Assembly (NCBI RefSeq): GCF_004010195.1
Contig: NC_057719.1
Span: 63,303,378 to 63,367,377, forward strand
Direction: 5' to 3'
DNA length: 64,000 nt
Origin: Chiloscyllium plagiosum
Lineage: Eukaryota
Part shown: in pieces, positions 40,470 through 53,702 of the stretch
How positions within the stretch are numbered: the first letter of the stretch is position 1
Layout: each line of letters opens with the position of its first letter
Position numbers and translations under genes: made by a program
Notes under the pieces: model-generated
Databases searched by the model: none
Seen by the model: only the letters and a program-made list of their open reading frames with translations
What the model was told of the DNA's origin: nothing

Positions 40470-41310
40470 GTCCATGCCCAAATTCAGCAAGACCTGGACA
40501 ATATCCAGGCTTGGACTGACAAGTGGCAAGTAATATCAACTCCACTCAAGCATCAGGTAATGCCCATTTCCTATAAGAGAGAATCTAACATTGTTCCTTG
40601 ACAGTCAATCAAATTATCCTGACTGAGTCTTCTAATCATGATCCTGGAAGTTACGATTGACAGAAATTGAACTGGATGAGGCATGCAAGTACTGTGGCTA
40701 CATACGCAGTTCAAAAGCTAAGAATTATGCAGTAAGTAACACGCCTCCTCACTCCCCAGAACCTGTCCACCATCTTCAAGGCCCAACGTCAGGAGTCTGA
40801 TGGAATATTCCTCAGTTGCTTGAATGATTACAGTTCGAATAAGAAACTTGACAACATCCAGGACAAAGCAGCCTGCTTGCCTGGCATCACATCCTCAAAC
40901 ATTCAAACCCCCTACCACTGATGGTCAGTAGCAGCCATGCGTAATATCTACAAGATGTCCTGTAGAAATTCACCAAAGATCCTGAGACAGCACCTTAGGC
41001 AGCATATCCCAAACTTATGACCACTTCTGTCTAGAAGGACAAGGACAGCAAATACATAGGAACACCACCACTTACAAATTTCTCTCCAAGCCGCTCACCA
41101 TCCTGACTTGGAAATATATTGCCATTCCTTCACTGTGGCTGGGTCAAAAATCAGAACTCCCTCCCTAATAGCGGTGTGGGTCTACCTACAGTAAGTAGAC
41201 TGTGGCAGATCAGGAACGCAGCTCACCACCATCTTCTCAAGAGCAATTAGGGATGGGCAATAAATGGAGATGCAGTTAGCAATGCCCAAATCCCATGAAT
41301 AGATAAAAAC
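40470..41310 (+). mobile_element. 3' fragment of the second LINE family
   Basis: QQDLDNIQAWTDKWQV..LDNIQDKAACL; ends gggcaataaat...cccatgaatagataaaaac. Confidence 0.75.
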
Positions 41311-43643
41311 AAACAAAAACAAATATTCCTGCAAGTTTTACAGACACACAACTCCAGTTAACTAAGTGCACATTCTGTTCTTTAATAGTTCCATCTCTTC
41401 TAGTTTAATTCTCTCATACAAACATGATTAACTGCTGAGCTGCCATTTGTTTTAGATGTTCTACCCTTCACGAAAATCCCAGCATTTGAATTACCTTAAC
41501 CTCCTAGCTATTAACATCCTGAGGTAATGATCTCAACCTGGACTAGACTTCAAGGGAATTCAAATATATTTCTCCCATTTTCTACCGTTAAACTTTAATT
41601 CTTAAAATGAAATATATTCTAAAATGCATGAACCATGAATTAAATATTCATAACAAGCCCAAAGGAAAATCACAGTCAGCTTCTGTTGCCTATTTTTTAA
41701 CCAGATCCTTAATGAGGCTACTTGCGTGAACCATGGTCAGTCAAAATAGAACATACCAGAATCAGTGTCAGGAAGTCAGCATATTGGCCAGCCTCAATTT
41801 TTAGGATTCCTTTGTGACATTAGTGGGAGGTGAAAATTCAGCTCAGAGGTTCGTCTGCTCAGAAGACAAGGCCAAAAGATAACTTGTTTCTCTGAAATTG
41901 TGCCTTTCTTGCCATAGTTTCTTCATGGTGACAGAGGTCACAGAGAGGTGAGATATTTACTGCCCTTTTAGCCATAGACTATACAGTCTAAAGTTAACAG
42001 GGAACCATGTGAAAAACAAAGGAATTTAATATTCAAATTAAACAGGTTCATCAACATTGAAGCAAACGAAAGCAATTAAACGTTTTCCTAAAATACATTG
42101 TTAATATGCCATTTCTTTCTCTGTATAAAGGTGAAAAACAAAACAGACAGTTCGTATTACCTTGATTAGAGTGGTGCTGGAAAAGTATTGCCTGAAGACT
42201 AATGGGTTCTGAGGACTATACATCTTTGCACTTTCATTATGATCTCACAATATGAATTTGGATTGTGTGAGATAATTGAATTCAGTCAGGAATTCTACCT
42301 ACTATTGTATCCAGTTTCATTTGATCAGTTCTGGAATGTTTCCCCCATATACAAAAACAGACTTTCCAAACAAAGATATAACATAGAACCTTCCAAAGTG
42401 TTGTTTTTCAGGGCTTAGTACCAGCCTGAGGCATTTTTGGGTGTGGACATATATACAGTAGACAATATCAACACTATGATACTTACAAAAAAAATGATGC
42501 TCATAATCTTACATGAATGCTCAAATGTCAGGCCATTTATGTATGAATACACTTATGGCATTGAATGTTACATTCAAAGTATTCAAACCAATTAAAAGTT
42601 TTGGAGAATGTATTGTTTTCAGTTTCTAATTCTTTGTGTAAGTACTTTAAATCAGTAACCTGGTATCAGGAGGTTTCCAATGACCTGTCCAATTGATAAC
42701 AGCCAATCCTCAGGCCACTTCTGTATTCACTGTCGGTGTGTTCCATTATGCAAAGTGATGATTGTAAAAATGTTAATGTTAGGCAACATATTAGGCTCCA
42801 TCCAATTTGGTGATGCCATACACTCCTAGCTGGTTTCAATTCAAATGAGGTCAGACCTGACATCCCTGGCTCCCAATCTTTTTGTACTTATGTGTAACTA
42901 GTTAATGCAACTTGGATCTACCGCTGTCCTGCAATAACCTACATCTTATTGGAAGACAAGTGTCTCTTCTTGTTAAGATTCATTAGTGAGTTACTCTCTA
43001 CCACTGGAATGAAAGAGGCCCTTAGACTGAGTATGAACAAGAGGAGTGGTGGCAGCACTCCAACCCCAACTACAAACTGCCAGTGGTGGTTCCAGAAATG
43101 TATGTAAGGTTCTTGAAGGGAAAGCGAATTAGAGGGCCAGTGTGAGACGTAACATCTGCTGAGGCACAAGAACACTGCAAGGGTGCCTCTGTTTGACCAG
43201 ACCCTGGAAATGGTTCTCCAATTTCATACAGTTCCAGAAGGGATACAGCAGGTATTAAGTTCCCAGGTCAGGAGAGATTAACTGGTTTCCTTTCTTTATT
43301 CATCCAGCCCCCTGTTTGATTACATCAAGGTTAATTTAGAAAAGATCCCCTTCCGTTGTGGATACCTTTCTCTTAGACTACACGACATTAAGTATTACAA
43401 GGAGCTAATTCATTGAGTGTTTCTGGAGTTAACGAGTAAATTTATTATACAGTAACTGCGAGAGGAATTGGTAATGCAATGCACATACATTGATTAGAAA
43501 GACATGAGTAATAAAAATAAAAGTTAATATACTTTTTTAAAAAATCAGTCTCTGAATTGTTCACGAAGACCAGAGGGTGAAAGTTGCAGGTGTTGCAATG
43601 AGGTTTACATTGACATGTAGTTGACATTGGTAGTTGAACAGTG

Positions 43644-44558
43644 TGTGACGATGTTGCTCCTTTAACAAGGTTATGTTGTCCTTAGTTTATTTTCTTCAGA
43701 GGGTTATAGATTCTGAAATGTCTGGGTTTATTTACTTGAAGAAGCTTTTAAGTTTTTGAACAAACACTTATACAATAAAAGGAGAGTGGCCAGTTCTTCC
43801 AACTCAGCTTTTCTCTGGTTTGGTTTGGTTTTAGTAAGCAGTCAGCTTTTTGAGGCAGCTGATCAGTTGTTGGCTGGGAATCCAAAAGAAACAGTTACAT
43901 GGAAGAAGGTGTTCTCTGCTGAATCTTTTGCTGTAAACTTTTGCTATAAATTCTGTGTCTACAATATTATTCTCCACAACCACCTGATGAAGGAGCAGCG
44001 CTCTGAATGTTAGTGCTTCCAAATAAACTTGTTGGACTTTAACCTGATGTTGTGTGATTTTTAACTTTGTACACCACCAGCATCGCCAAATCATGCTGAA
44101 TCTGTCTGCCATCTCTCTCCTGTAAGACCCCGTGTTTGATTTGTCTTTTTTGTCAATTGCGTTTATGGGGATTGTTGCAGGAATTTGGAACAGCATCATT
44201 AAATTGGGATAATCTGTTGGGTTTTTGGATAGGCTAAATTAATTCCAGATGAAAGGTTTTTGCCCGAAATGTTGATTTTCCTGTTCCTAGGATGCTGCCC
44301 GATCTGCTGTGCATTTTCAACACCACTCAAATCTTGACTCTGATCTCCAGCATCTGCAGTACTCACTTTTGCCTATTCTCTTTTGTTTGTATTTCATTCG
44401 GTACAGAATAAATTCTGTTTTTATTTAAACTGAGGCATTTTGACCAACTGCATCACTCCTGAAATATCCACTATATACCTGCTCAAAACGACGAGAAAAG
44501 TTAGGGTCTGGGCTACCTTCTTGAAATGTTTTGAGGGGGTCTGGCCTGGTCCATTATA
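43644..44558 (+). mobile_element. Probable solo LTR containing two mini-PLE insertions
   Basis: Starts TGTGACGATG, ends ggtccattata (a decayed ...CATAACA); flanks agtg/cgtg resemble a 4-bp TSD; internal AATAAA. Confidence 0.5.
43927..44093 (+). mobile_element. Mini-PLE pseudo-LTR insertion
   Basis: 10-bp TSD tgctgaatct (43917-43926, 44094-44103); mutated hammerhead at 43981-44015. Confidence 0.88.
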
Positions 44559-45071
44559 CGTGAACCTTAATCTTGGTTGATTGAGATTCTGCAGTTTTGG
44601 TTTCTTTCAATCATGATTGAACTCCATCATTCAGGGTGAGAGAAGGTCTTATTTATTCTCCTGTTTTATTTTGGCTGGCTTCTAGCTAGCTAACCTCTAG
44701 CTAGTGAGAAATGGTTATTACCTGCCATGCAGGGGATGGTTCATAGCACACTAATGCTTGAACCCAGCTTGGTACACACAACAGTGCTTAGTTCCACACC
44801 ACAGTCTCTTTGTCAATTCTTCAAAGAGAAAATGTGTCTGTAGTTTAGAACATAATACACAGAGGTGGTTTGCTGCTCAGCAAGGAGTTGTCAGCCCCTT
44901 GTTACTTGTGTAGTCACAAGAGATCACAGTCCAGCTTGTTATCATTTGCCTCTTCCCTACTTTGAATGCCTCTTGTTTGAATGATTTGGAGATGCCGGTG
45001 TTGGGTTGGGGTGTACAAAGTTAAAAATCACACAACATCAGGTTATAGTCCAACAGGTTTAATTGGAAGCA

Positions 45072-45105
45072 CACTAGCTTTCGGAGCGTCCTCCTTCATC
45101 AGGTG
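45072..45105 (-). ncRNA. Minimal type I hammerhead ribozyme motif (opposite arm)
   Basis: Minus strand CAC-CUGAUGA-A-GGAG-GACG-CUCC-GAAAGCUA-GUG. Confidence 0.75.
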
Positions 45106-45119
45106 GTAGTCACCTCTAT

Positions 45120-45154
45120 CACCTGATGAAGGAGCGACGCTCCGAAAGCTAGTG
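45120..45154 (+). ncRNA. Minimal type I hammerhead ribozyme motif
   Basis: CAC-CUGAUGA-A-GGAGC-GAC-GCUCC-GAAAGCUA-GUG: intact core, 5-bp stem II, CAC/GUG stem I, palindromic AGCU stem III. Confidence 0.8.
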
Positions 45155-45539
45155 TGCTTCCAATTAAACCTGTTGGACTATAACCTGGTGTTGTGTGATT
45201 TTTAACTTTGTACTCTTGTTTGAAGTTCACTTCAAATTTGTAGTCATATATTCATATACCTCATGAGCCTTCCTCTCTCCAGACAGCCACTTAATATACA
45301 TCCACAAGCCATTTTCAATTGTATCAGTCTGCTTTTGAAAAACACATTTTGGAATTAAACATCTCAATACTTTAGGAGTCTGATCCATGGTCATGACACT
45401 TCCTCAGCATGACAAATGAAAGGTGATTCATTCTCAATACATTATACAGGAAGAAAAATAATTAAATACATAAAACACCAAAGAAAGTCACATACACTTA
45501 CATTTGGTCGATGTCCTCTATTCAGATCTAACTGGGTCT

Positions 45540-47650
45540 AGCTTCTTGACAGGGTATATGTAATCACGTTTAATTTTCTGGCAATGTGGATGATTTGCAG
45601 GTGATATGGTTGAAGGACTAATCTCTAGCAGAATAACCAAGCATTCTGGGTCTTAAACTTTTCAAATAAAGATAACATGTTGTGATCAGGATAGACTGTA
45701 GTCATGCCTTACCCATTTCAGACATTTATACTCAAAGTGTTTGAGAGCCATTTGTAAACTGAGTGTTTCATCCTCTACTGTGGAGTGGGTTCAGGCTTTT
45801 TGGAGAAGTACCCAATTAGTTTCTTTAGTCCAGACTCATCTTCCTGGAGGAAATAGCCTGATCTTGATGTCACTTGCATTGATGACTACTTTAAATGCTT
45901 TTTTAATGTTTTGAGATACAAGCACATTCAACATTTTCAAAGCAGTTCTCAGGCCATTTTTGTCTCTCTGTAGTATTTATGTTGGAGATGGAGCTTCAGT
46001 TGAACATACACATTCCCAAGAACCTCTTGATTTGCCATTTTGCCATGGGAATGGGGAACAGTGCTTTTACCTTTGCAGTCCTAGTGGGTACTCATCCTTG
46101 ACCCAATACATGTCCAAGATAGATCACTTGAGTTTTGCAAAACTCCTTTTTGTAAGATTGACCATGAAATTGACTGTATTTTCAGGAAGAGTTTTTATTG
46201 CACAGTTGCATTTCAGAGGTGTCACTGTGCAATAGATCATCAAGGTACATTATACAACTAGAAAAGCCTTCATCTGGTCCATCAACCTTTGAAAGGCAGT
46301 TGGGGTATTTTAGAATTTGAATGGCTTGAATAGACACTAGTAAAACCAACCCAGAGTTACAAACGTGGAAATTTTCTTCACAGTCAAAAAATCCTGCTAG
46401 CATCCCTTGAGTAAATTTATCTTGGTAATGTAGGTGGTTTACAAGCCCTTTACATACCCCATGTGTGGAATATCCCAGCCAGAGTATTGGGAAAGAGTTG
46501 GTTTTGGTCACTGCAATAACATTTAGTAACTCCCCACAGAGTTTTGTGGGGAGGTCCTACAATGCTCCTCGGCAATTAGTTTGCCCTTCAGCATTTGGTT
46601 AATCTCATCCCAAGATAATCCAGCATTTCTAGGCCTAGGGGTCTTGCCTCATAAGTAGGATGCTCCCACATCCACACCATGTAGTGATAGTTGTTGGTGC
46701 ATTCTGGCTTATCTCTGCCTAAACCGTTGACTGCAATGAGCAGCCTTCTAAGTCTGCTCATTGTTCTGTAGCCATATAGGTGTATAAGGAATGTAAGTTT
46801 GCTCATATTTCTGAGCCAGTTAGTGAGGAAGTTCACACGTTGCTCTTCAATTCTACAACACTGCTACTCTTGTCCTCTAGGTTGGTGGCAATGGGACAGA
46901 CAGTCCCCTGCAAACCCTTTCTTGGCAGTGGTATCGCTTAATCTCATTGATTTGTTTATTTGCAATTAGGTTATTTATTTCCCCAGACTTCTTGGCTACT
47001 CTACATGGACCACTGAACCAAGCATTTAGGGTTGGTTAGGAGGATTAATATGAAAGGTTCAGTCCCTGACAAATTTGTCTGCTTTTCCATCACTTCTTGA
47101 GAGACTTACAAGTTTGCTCTGTTATGTAGTCTAACATGGAGATTCCTCCGTCCATTCTGAACCTCTCATTGATTAGTTTCAGTGGCCCTTGCACCTTGTT
47201 CCGTATAAACTAATTGAAAAGCAGTAAACACATTGGGTGAGTCCTTGGTCAATTAAGAGTTAGAGGTTTTGCCACAACCTGGAATGTTCTCAAAACCTGG
47301 CTACATCTTTGTGAAGCTGTGGCCAGTAAAAATGCTAGATGGTTTGGGCTTGGGTTTTGCATTTACCCATCATGCCCATCATACATGCTCAGCCATCAGA
47401 ATTTCATAAGCAGGCCATTATATTTCCCCACTGTAACTCAGCAGTACCACTATCTGGTGATAAAGATTTCAGGCAATAACACCAGAGCATCTTTGACAGT
47501 CTCAGTTCAGCATCTCTGGCTGAGGCTGTCTGGCCATGGAACTTACTATTCAAAATGCTCTTCTAGCTAGTCTCCTTACCTCCATACTTTACAGCTTTCA
47601 CTGCATCCAAAACTTTCCTGTCTGCATCTTTGCCTATCACAAATGCAACA
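45540..47650 (-). mobile_element. Decayed Gmr1-like Gypsy pol (integrase before RT and RNase H)
   Basis: Minus-strand order: INT HFYWPQLHKDVARF (~47300-47335) and FQLVY..VQGPLKLINE (~47160-47230); RT CIMYLDDL (~46240) and VIYLGHVLGQG (~46110); RNase H FKVVINASD..IGYFSKK..STVEDETL..DHN..NVITYTLSR* (45540-45900). Confidence 0.88.
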
Positions 47651-50600
47651 CTATTTAATCTTTAGATTTATATCTGCTGATTTGTGTTGGCTGATGATCT
47701 CGGACTTATAATGCCCACTCTTGTGTTTAAATCCTTCCATTTCCTTGCCTTTCCCTTGCCTTTCCCAGTCACAGTAAAGTCTTCCAGCCCAAACATTTTA
47801 CTCTTGTCAATGTCATCTGTGTTTCCTGTTATTTTAAGCTATCTAGGCTCTAATACTGTAATACACCTTCCTTCATACCTCACTCTTTGAAAAGTAATTT
47901 TGTTCATCCCCTCTTATGTCTTCTTGGCTTCAATATACATTTTTGTCTTATTACACTCTGTGAATGGGAATTTTGTTTTACACTATCAGCACGGAAATGT
48001 TTTTGTCTGTTTACTTATATATTAAAGTCTTCTGGGCATAGTTATTGATTTTTAGTCTTACCTGGGGCATTAGGAGAAGGAGGAAATCTGTACTAAGGTT
48101 TTAAAGGTCAAGACAGTTTTCCATAATTTATAAATTTCCATAGGAACATTTATTCAACCAGTTTACACTTAAATCTATATTTGTGCTTCTGAACATTGAC
48201 TGGAGACGAGATATGTGAGTCTTTATAACTAGTATATAATTTTTTCAATGGAGGCAGGCTGCAGAATCAAAAATGCAGAAACCCTGCTTTCACAGAATAA
48301 GCATGAAGAAGTAATTTAATACACTCTAACATTCCATCCAGTGGAGAGTCAGATATGGAACATGCCACAGCCATTCATCTGCTTGGTGTCAGAAATCTAC
48401 TGATGTAAATGGTTCTGTTAATTGTATAGTCATCACAATTTTAGAAATTCCTGGCAATCGCCTGATATGCAAGTATCTCCCCACCCATGCACACACATGC
48501 ACACACACAGATCGCTTACAGATTGACTCATGTTAATGACCATAATGCATGCAAATACTTTCACAACATCTTAGCAGGATGGCAATAAGCTTCTTGCTCC
48601 TTTGCAGCCCGTGTCAAACTATCCATTATAGTACGAGCTTGCAGAGTAATCCAGAGCCAAGTGAGAATAATTTAAAATGTGAATTTGTGCTTGTATTTGG
48701 CAGAAGTACAATAAACTGAAACATTTTGAGATACCTTCAAAACCATTTAAGCTTGCTACTTTAAGATATTTAATTCTGTAATATGTTTATGTTTTTTGTT
48801 TCCTCATGTTCTTCTTACATCCGATGTTTCGAAGGATAGGTGGAAAGTCTTCTTTCATGTCTCCATTGCATTGCCTCCATTCACTCATCAGGCATTGGAC
48901 CACAAAAATAATTTTTCCTTTCTCTCTTCCTCGTTGTGCAGATGTTCCTGTTCTCTCTTTGACACCTTCCCACAGAAGCACAACTGAGATTGATGTGAAG
49001 AGCAGGAACTTTTCTCCAAACTTACAATAGCTATCAGATGAACAAAAGGAGGCTGTGTAGTTCCATGAGATAATTGACAAATTCACAGACACATTTGTAT
49101 CCATGATATTCAACCATGTCGGAAACAGTGGGAGGAGCAATACAGATTACCTCAAATCTATCTTTGCCCATATGAGCACACATGGACTTTCGAACAATGT
49201 TCACTGGATAATGCTCAAAGCCAGAACCAGTTGGTAATTTTATCTTCTCTTCTTTAATGTGGGCAATTGTGATATTTTTATTACTGGCCCTTCTTAACAA
49301 AAATTGTTATTTATCCCAATCACACCAAATAACAAAAATGTTAGACTTATCACTTAATTTTTGATGCAATGTGCATTTATATAAGATTCTACAACATCAA
49401 TTGCATTACCTATCTGCTGTGCTCAGGATTGGGGTTAGTCTGGGTTGTTAACTGGCCCAACTAGGTGTAGTGAAGGTAACCATTAAGAAATGGAATGCGA
49501 CATGGAATTGATTAGTGCAGATCAGAAAGCACAGGAAACATAGAAAATACAATGTAGAGATTTGCACGGTGGCCAATTCACTTGAGATCAGTACAAACTC
49601 AATCACCAACAAGTGAATTGCTGGTACTGGAGCAGCAGATTAGGGATGAGTTTGGGGAGCTGTCGGAGAAGGATCAACATTCTGAGAATGCACTGTAACT
49701 TTGCTGCCATATCAGCAGAAAAACACACACCTTAGTAGGTCCACCTTTAGTGGAGGGCACATTGTGAGGAGGAGCATATTAGTGTGCAGGAACAAGTGCT
49801 GGTGTCAAGGATAACAGTGGACAATCCCTGTTAGATGGCACAGGACACTCCACATTCTGTTCAACTAAGTCCAGGCACTAATATGGTATTTGTGGAGCTG
49901 GAATGGGGAAGGGGGTACATCTGAGTATTTTCAGATGTAGTGAGTACACTTTCACACAAAATAGAGGAGTCCTTTCCTATTGTGAATCTTGTAACGTCTC
50001 AGCATTTGCTCTAATTAAAACATCATGAAGTATCAGACATGGCAGGTTGGTGTATGCTTGCCCACATAAGTGGCCTGGACATTCTGGTTGCTGATTTACA
50101 GAATATCAATCAAAGCATTGCTTCAGGGCCTGAACACTTCACTTAAATGCAGATAAATGCGGTCCCATTTTTATTTGGCAGCGAAGGCCCTGATGGGTAG
50201 CTGGAGAAATGTTTAGTGAGCCATCTCAAGGTGACCCCACATCGTAGCCTTTGCCCCTTACCCTTCAACCCAACTGAGGCACACAAAGCTGCCTCCTAGC
50301 CTTGGGACTGAATCTGCCCTCAGATAGCTACTGGTGTGGCAGTCTTTCCTGATTCACAGCGCTGCCATGGATTCACCAACTAGAGGTCCACCATTGGCAT
50401 CTCGTGGTTAAAAGAAAGGGAATGAGCAACCTATATCTTGCTCTGCTGAAACTGCAGATGTAGCACCATGTAGAAGCAACAGAAAATGTGTGAGCAATAA
50501 CTTTTAGCTGTGGTAGCAATGTCATCACTTGGATGATTACTACATTGTCAGCGTTTCATAGATGCTATTTCATTGAATGAATTTTTTTGTGAACTGTTCA

Positions 50601-51160
50601 TTCTTGCGCTATCTACTTTGTTGGATTCCCCACTGATATTTATCAGATTAATTCTGGTGAATGGCATGAGTCATCTCAATAAGGAGGTAAGACCTTGAAT
50701 ATAATGGGTGTCTGTAGAGAGAAAGCTTGCTGCCATTGGGAGTTGAGGGGACATTCCCTTTGATGTTATAATTGAAATCTTTCAATGCTGCAAGCACACT
50801 TCTGAGATGGTATGTTTGGATAAGGCCATTGTAGGTTTCTCTGGCATGTAAATCAATAGTCACAGGTACTAATAGCACTTCAAATGCTCCTCTCTTCCAT
50901 TTTCCTCTTCCAAAAATTCCACATTCTCTCTACCTTCCTCTGCATTGGCTCCAGTCCTTAGCACAGCGCTGTGAAAGACACTCCGGTTCCCTCCAATTAG
51001 AAACACTTGCCAAGACATAGAGAAGGGCTCTTGGAGATGAGTCAAAGTATCAGAAGCTTATTTAGAACAAGCCAATTGCTTGTGCCGTTGACACCCTAGC
51101 TCCTGCCTCTGTGATGGGGTTCCTTACTGGAGTTATCAGTCACATCTTGACATGTCATTA

Positions 51161-52231
51161 CTAGGAATTCTGAAGTGAGTATATCACCTTCTGATCTTGA
51201 TATTCGACATATAAATGAAGACTGGATCAATCAGGATGATATTCACTGAATGACGGGGCATCTCATCAAAACCTACAAAATTCAAACAGGACTAGACATG
51301 GTAAATGCAGGAAGGATGTTTGTTGATTCCAAGTCAAACAGCCTTTTCCCCCATTTTCGATAATTTTACGATTAACAAGCAAAAACGTTCAGAGGAAGTT
51401 ATTATTTTCCTTGATTACTCTCAACAGTATTCTGGAGATTAATTTTGAACGCCTAGAATCCCCATGTTAATTCTTGACGTTTGGTAACTGTCCTGGTGAA
51501 GTCCAAGGAGGCAGTAATTAAGTTAATGCCAGCATTTCTGAAAAAAGACACATCTTGTCACGGCTTACTATGTTGCATTCATCAGGACAATTCACAAGAA
51601 TTCCAACTCAAGGGGAACACGGCATTTATTCCGTATGAGAGAATAATGTTGACCGACTGGCAAGTGGACGCTGATTGGTAGAGGCATGGCCAAGGGGCAA
51701 CGCGACTATTAATGCTGATTGATAGTTAACTGTCATGCTTTGATTAAATTTTAAATCAGGCTTGAAATGAAATTGATCTCAGATTTACCCAATGTACCTA
51801 GAAGAGAGAATCTAAATGTTGCTCCAAAGCATTCAATGGCATTACCATTAATGAGTCTATCACCATCAACATCCTGGGGTTTACCATTAACTAGAACTTT
51901 ACTGGTCAAAAGTGAGGACTGCAGATGCTGGAAACCAGAGTTTAGATCAGAGTGGTGCAGGAAAAGCACAGCAGATCAGGCAGCATCCAAGGAGCAGGAA
52001 AATCGATGTTTCAGGCATATGCCCTTCATCAGGAATAGAACATAACTGGATCTGGCTATATAGATCAAAAGCTAGGAATTCTGAAGTGAGTATATCACCT
52101 TCTGATCTTGATATTCGACATATAAATGAAGACTGGATCAATCAGGATGATATTCATTGAAAGACGGGGCATCTTATCAAAACCTACAAAATTCTAACAG
52201 GACTAGACACGGTAAGAGCAGGAAGGATGTT
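51161..52231 (+). repeat. Local ~160-bp direct duplication (51161-51320 and 52072-52231) of a LINE junction
   Basis: ctaggaattctgaagtgagtatatcacc...ggaaggatgtt occurs twice, 911 bp apart. Confidence 0.9.
51906..52035 (-). mobile_element. Mini-PLE terminal repeat with hammerhead relic
   Basis: Minus strand ctgatgaagggcatatgcctgaaacatc; imperfect 14-bp TSD tagaactttactgg/tagaacataactgg (51892-51905, 52036-52049). Confidence 0.8.
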
Positions 52232-52545
52232 CCAGATGACTCAGGAGGCCACAACAAGAGGCCACAATCTAAAGAATACGTATGGGCCACTTATGACTGT
52301 GATGATAAGAAATTTCTTCACCCAAAGAGAAGTGAGCATGTGGAAATCTTTGACATAGAAAGTGGTTGAAACCAAAACATTGGAATATTTACAAAAATAA
52401 GTAGTGTAATTCTTAGGGCTAAAGCGATGAAAGGACTGGGGAGAAAATGGGAACAGGGTGTCGAGTTGGATGATCAGTCATGATCATATTGAATGGCAGA
52501 ACATACTAATGGGGCCAAATGGCCTACTCGGGTGCCTACTTTCCA
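52085..52545 (+). mobile_element. Old CR1 3' fragment
   Basis: aaatttcttcacccaaag; gatcagtcatgatcatattgaatggc tail similar to 57420-57480. Confidence 0.7.
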
Positions 52546-53214
52546 CATTTCTGTCTGCATTCTACAAGGTGCACATTAGCTCCATTCTTCTGGATGATTG
52601 TAAGTCCAAAACACAGTCAATAAGCCCAACACTATCCAGGACAAAACAGCCCACTGACTGCTATCTAACCATCACATTAAACTTTCACTTATTCCATGAC
52701 AGGTGCAACATGGCACCACTATGTACCATCTACAAGGTGCACTGTAACAATTCATTAAGACTCCTTTTACCTCACCTTCTAAGACCATAACATTGGCTAA
52801 TTAGAAGAACAAGGGCATCATGCAAATGGGAACACTACCAACTGCAAGTTCCTGCTCACTACTCCTAATCTAGAGATATGTTGCTGTTCCTTCACTGACA
52901 GTGAATTAAAATCCTGGATTCCTCCCTAACAGCACTATGGTTATACAGTCATAGAGCTGTACAGCACGGAAACAGACCCTTCGATGCAGCTCGTCCATGC
53001 AGACCAGATATCCTAAATTAATATAGTCCCATTTGCCAGTACTTGGCCCATATCCCTCTTAAACCCTACCTTGTTGGTATGGTGCTGTTTGAGAAGGAGA
53101 TACACCATCTCAGGAGCAGCTATGATTGGGAATAAATGTTGGCCTTGCCATATCCCCTGAATGAAATAAAAAGAAATGTAAGTAAACTTATGACAATGGT
53201 TTGTTGTTTATAAT

Positions 53215-53702
53215 TTACATGCAAGGACTGCCACAAACACTACATAGGACAAACAGGAAGAAAGTTAGCCACCAGGATACACGAACACCAGCTAGCCACA
53301 AAAAGACACGACCCTCTCTCTCTCGTAGGCCTACACACGGATGAAAAAAGAAACATCAATTTGACTGGGACAACACATCTATCCTGGGACAGGCTAAGCA
53401 AAGACATGCCAGAGAATTCCTAGAGGCCTGGCACTCCAACCACAACGCTATAAACAAGCACACAGATCTAGATGCCATCTATCAACCCCTCAGAAAATGA
53501 ACAGGAAATGACATCACCACAAACCCCAGGAACCCCATCCAGAAGAAAGATATAAATAGAAAGCAGGAGACAACAGCTTCGCTTCACTTGGAGGTCGTCA
53601 CTGATGTTGTTACCTAGCCAGGTAATGAAACATCTGGATATCAAACCTACAGCTCAGCGGGCAAACCTACACCCTAAACCTCAACCTGAGCTACAAACCT
53701 TA
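53215..53702 (+). mobile_element. PLE (Poseidon-like) 3' fragment: GIY-YIG and terminal repeat
   Basis: CKDCHKHYIGQTGRKLATRIHEHQLATKRHD; same family as 62062-62986; mutated hammerhead at 53598-53637. Confidence 0.9.

Larger units (their letters stand above)
44982..45212. mobile_element. Palindromic mini-PLE (two inverted pseudo-LTR arms of ~93 bp)
   Basis: Arms 45013-45105 and 45120-45213; 12-bp TSD ctcttgtttgaa (44970-44981, 45213-45224). Confidence 0.92.

Noticed and set aside
49560..51150. Possible second Harbinger or other DNA-transposon relic
   Set aside because: Composition is suggestive, but no diagnostic motif or TIR could be read
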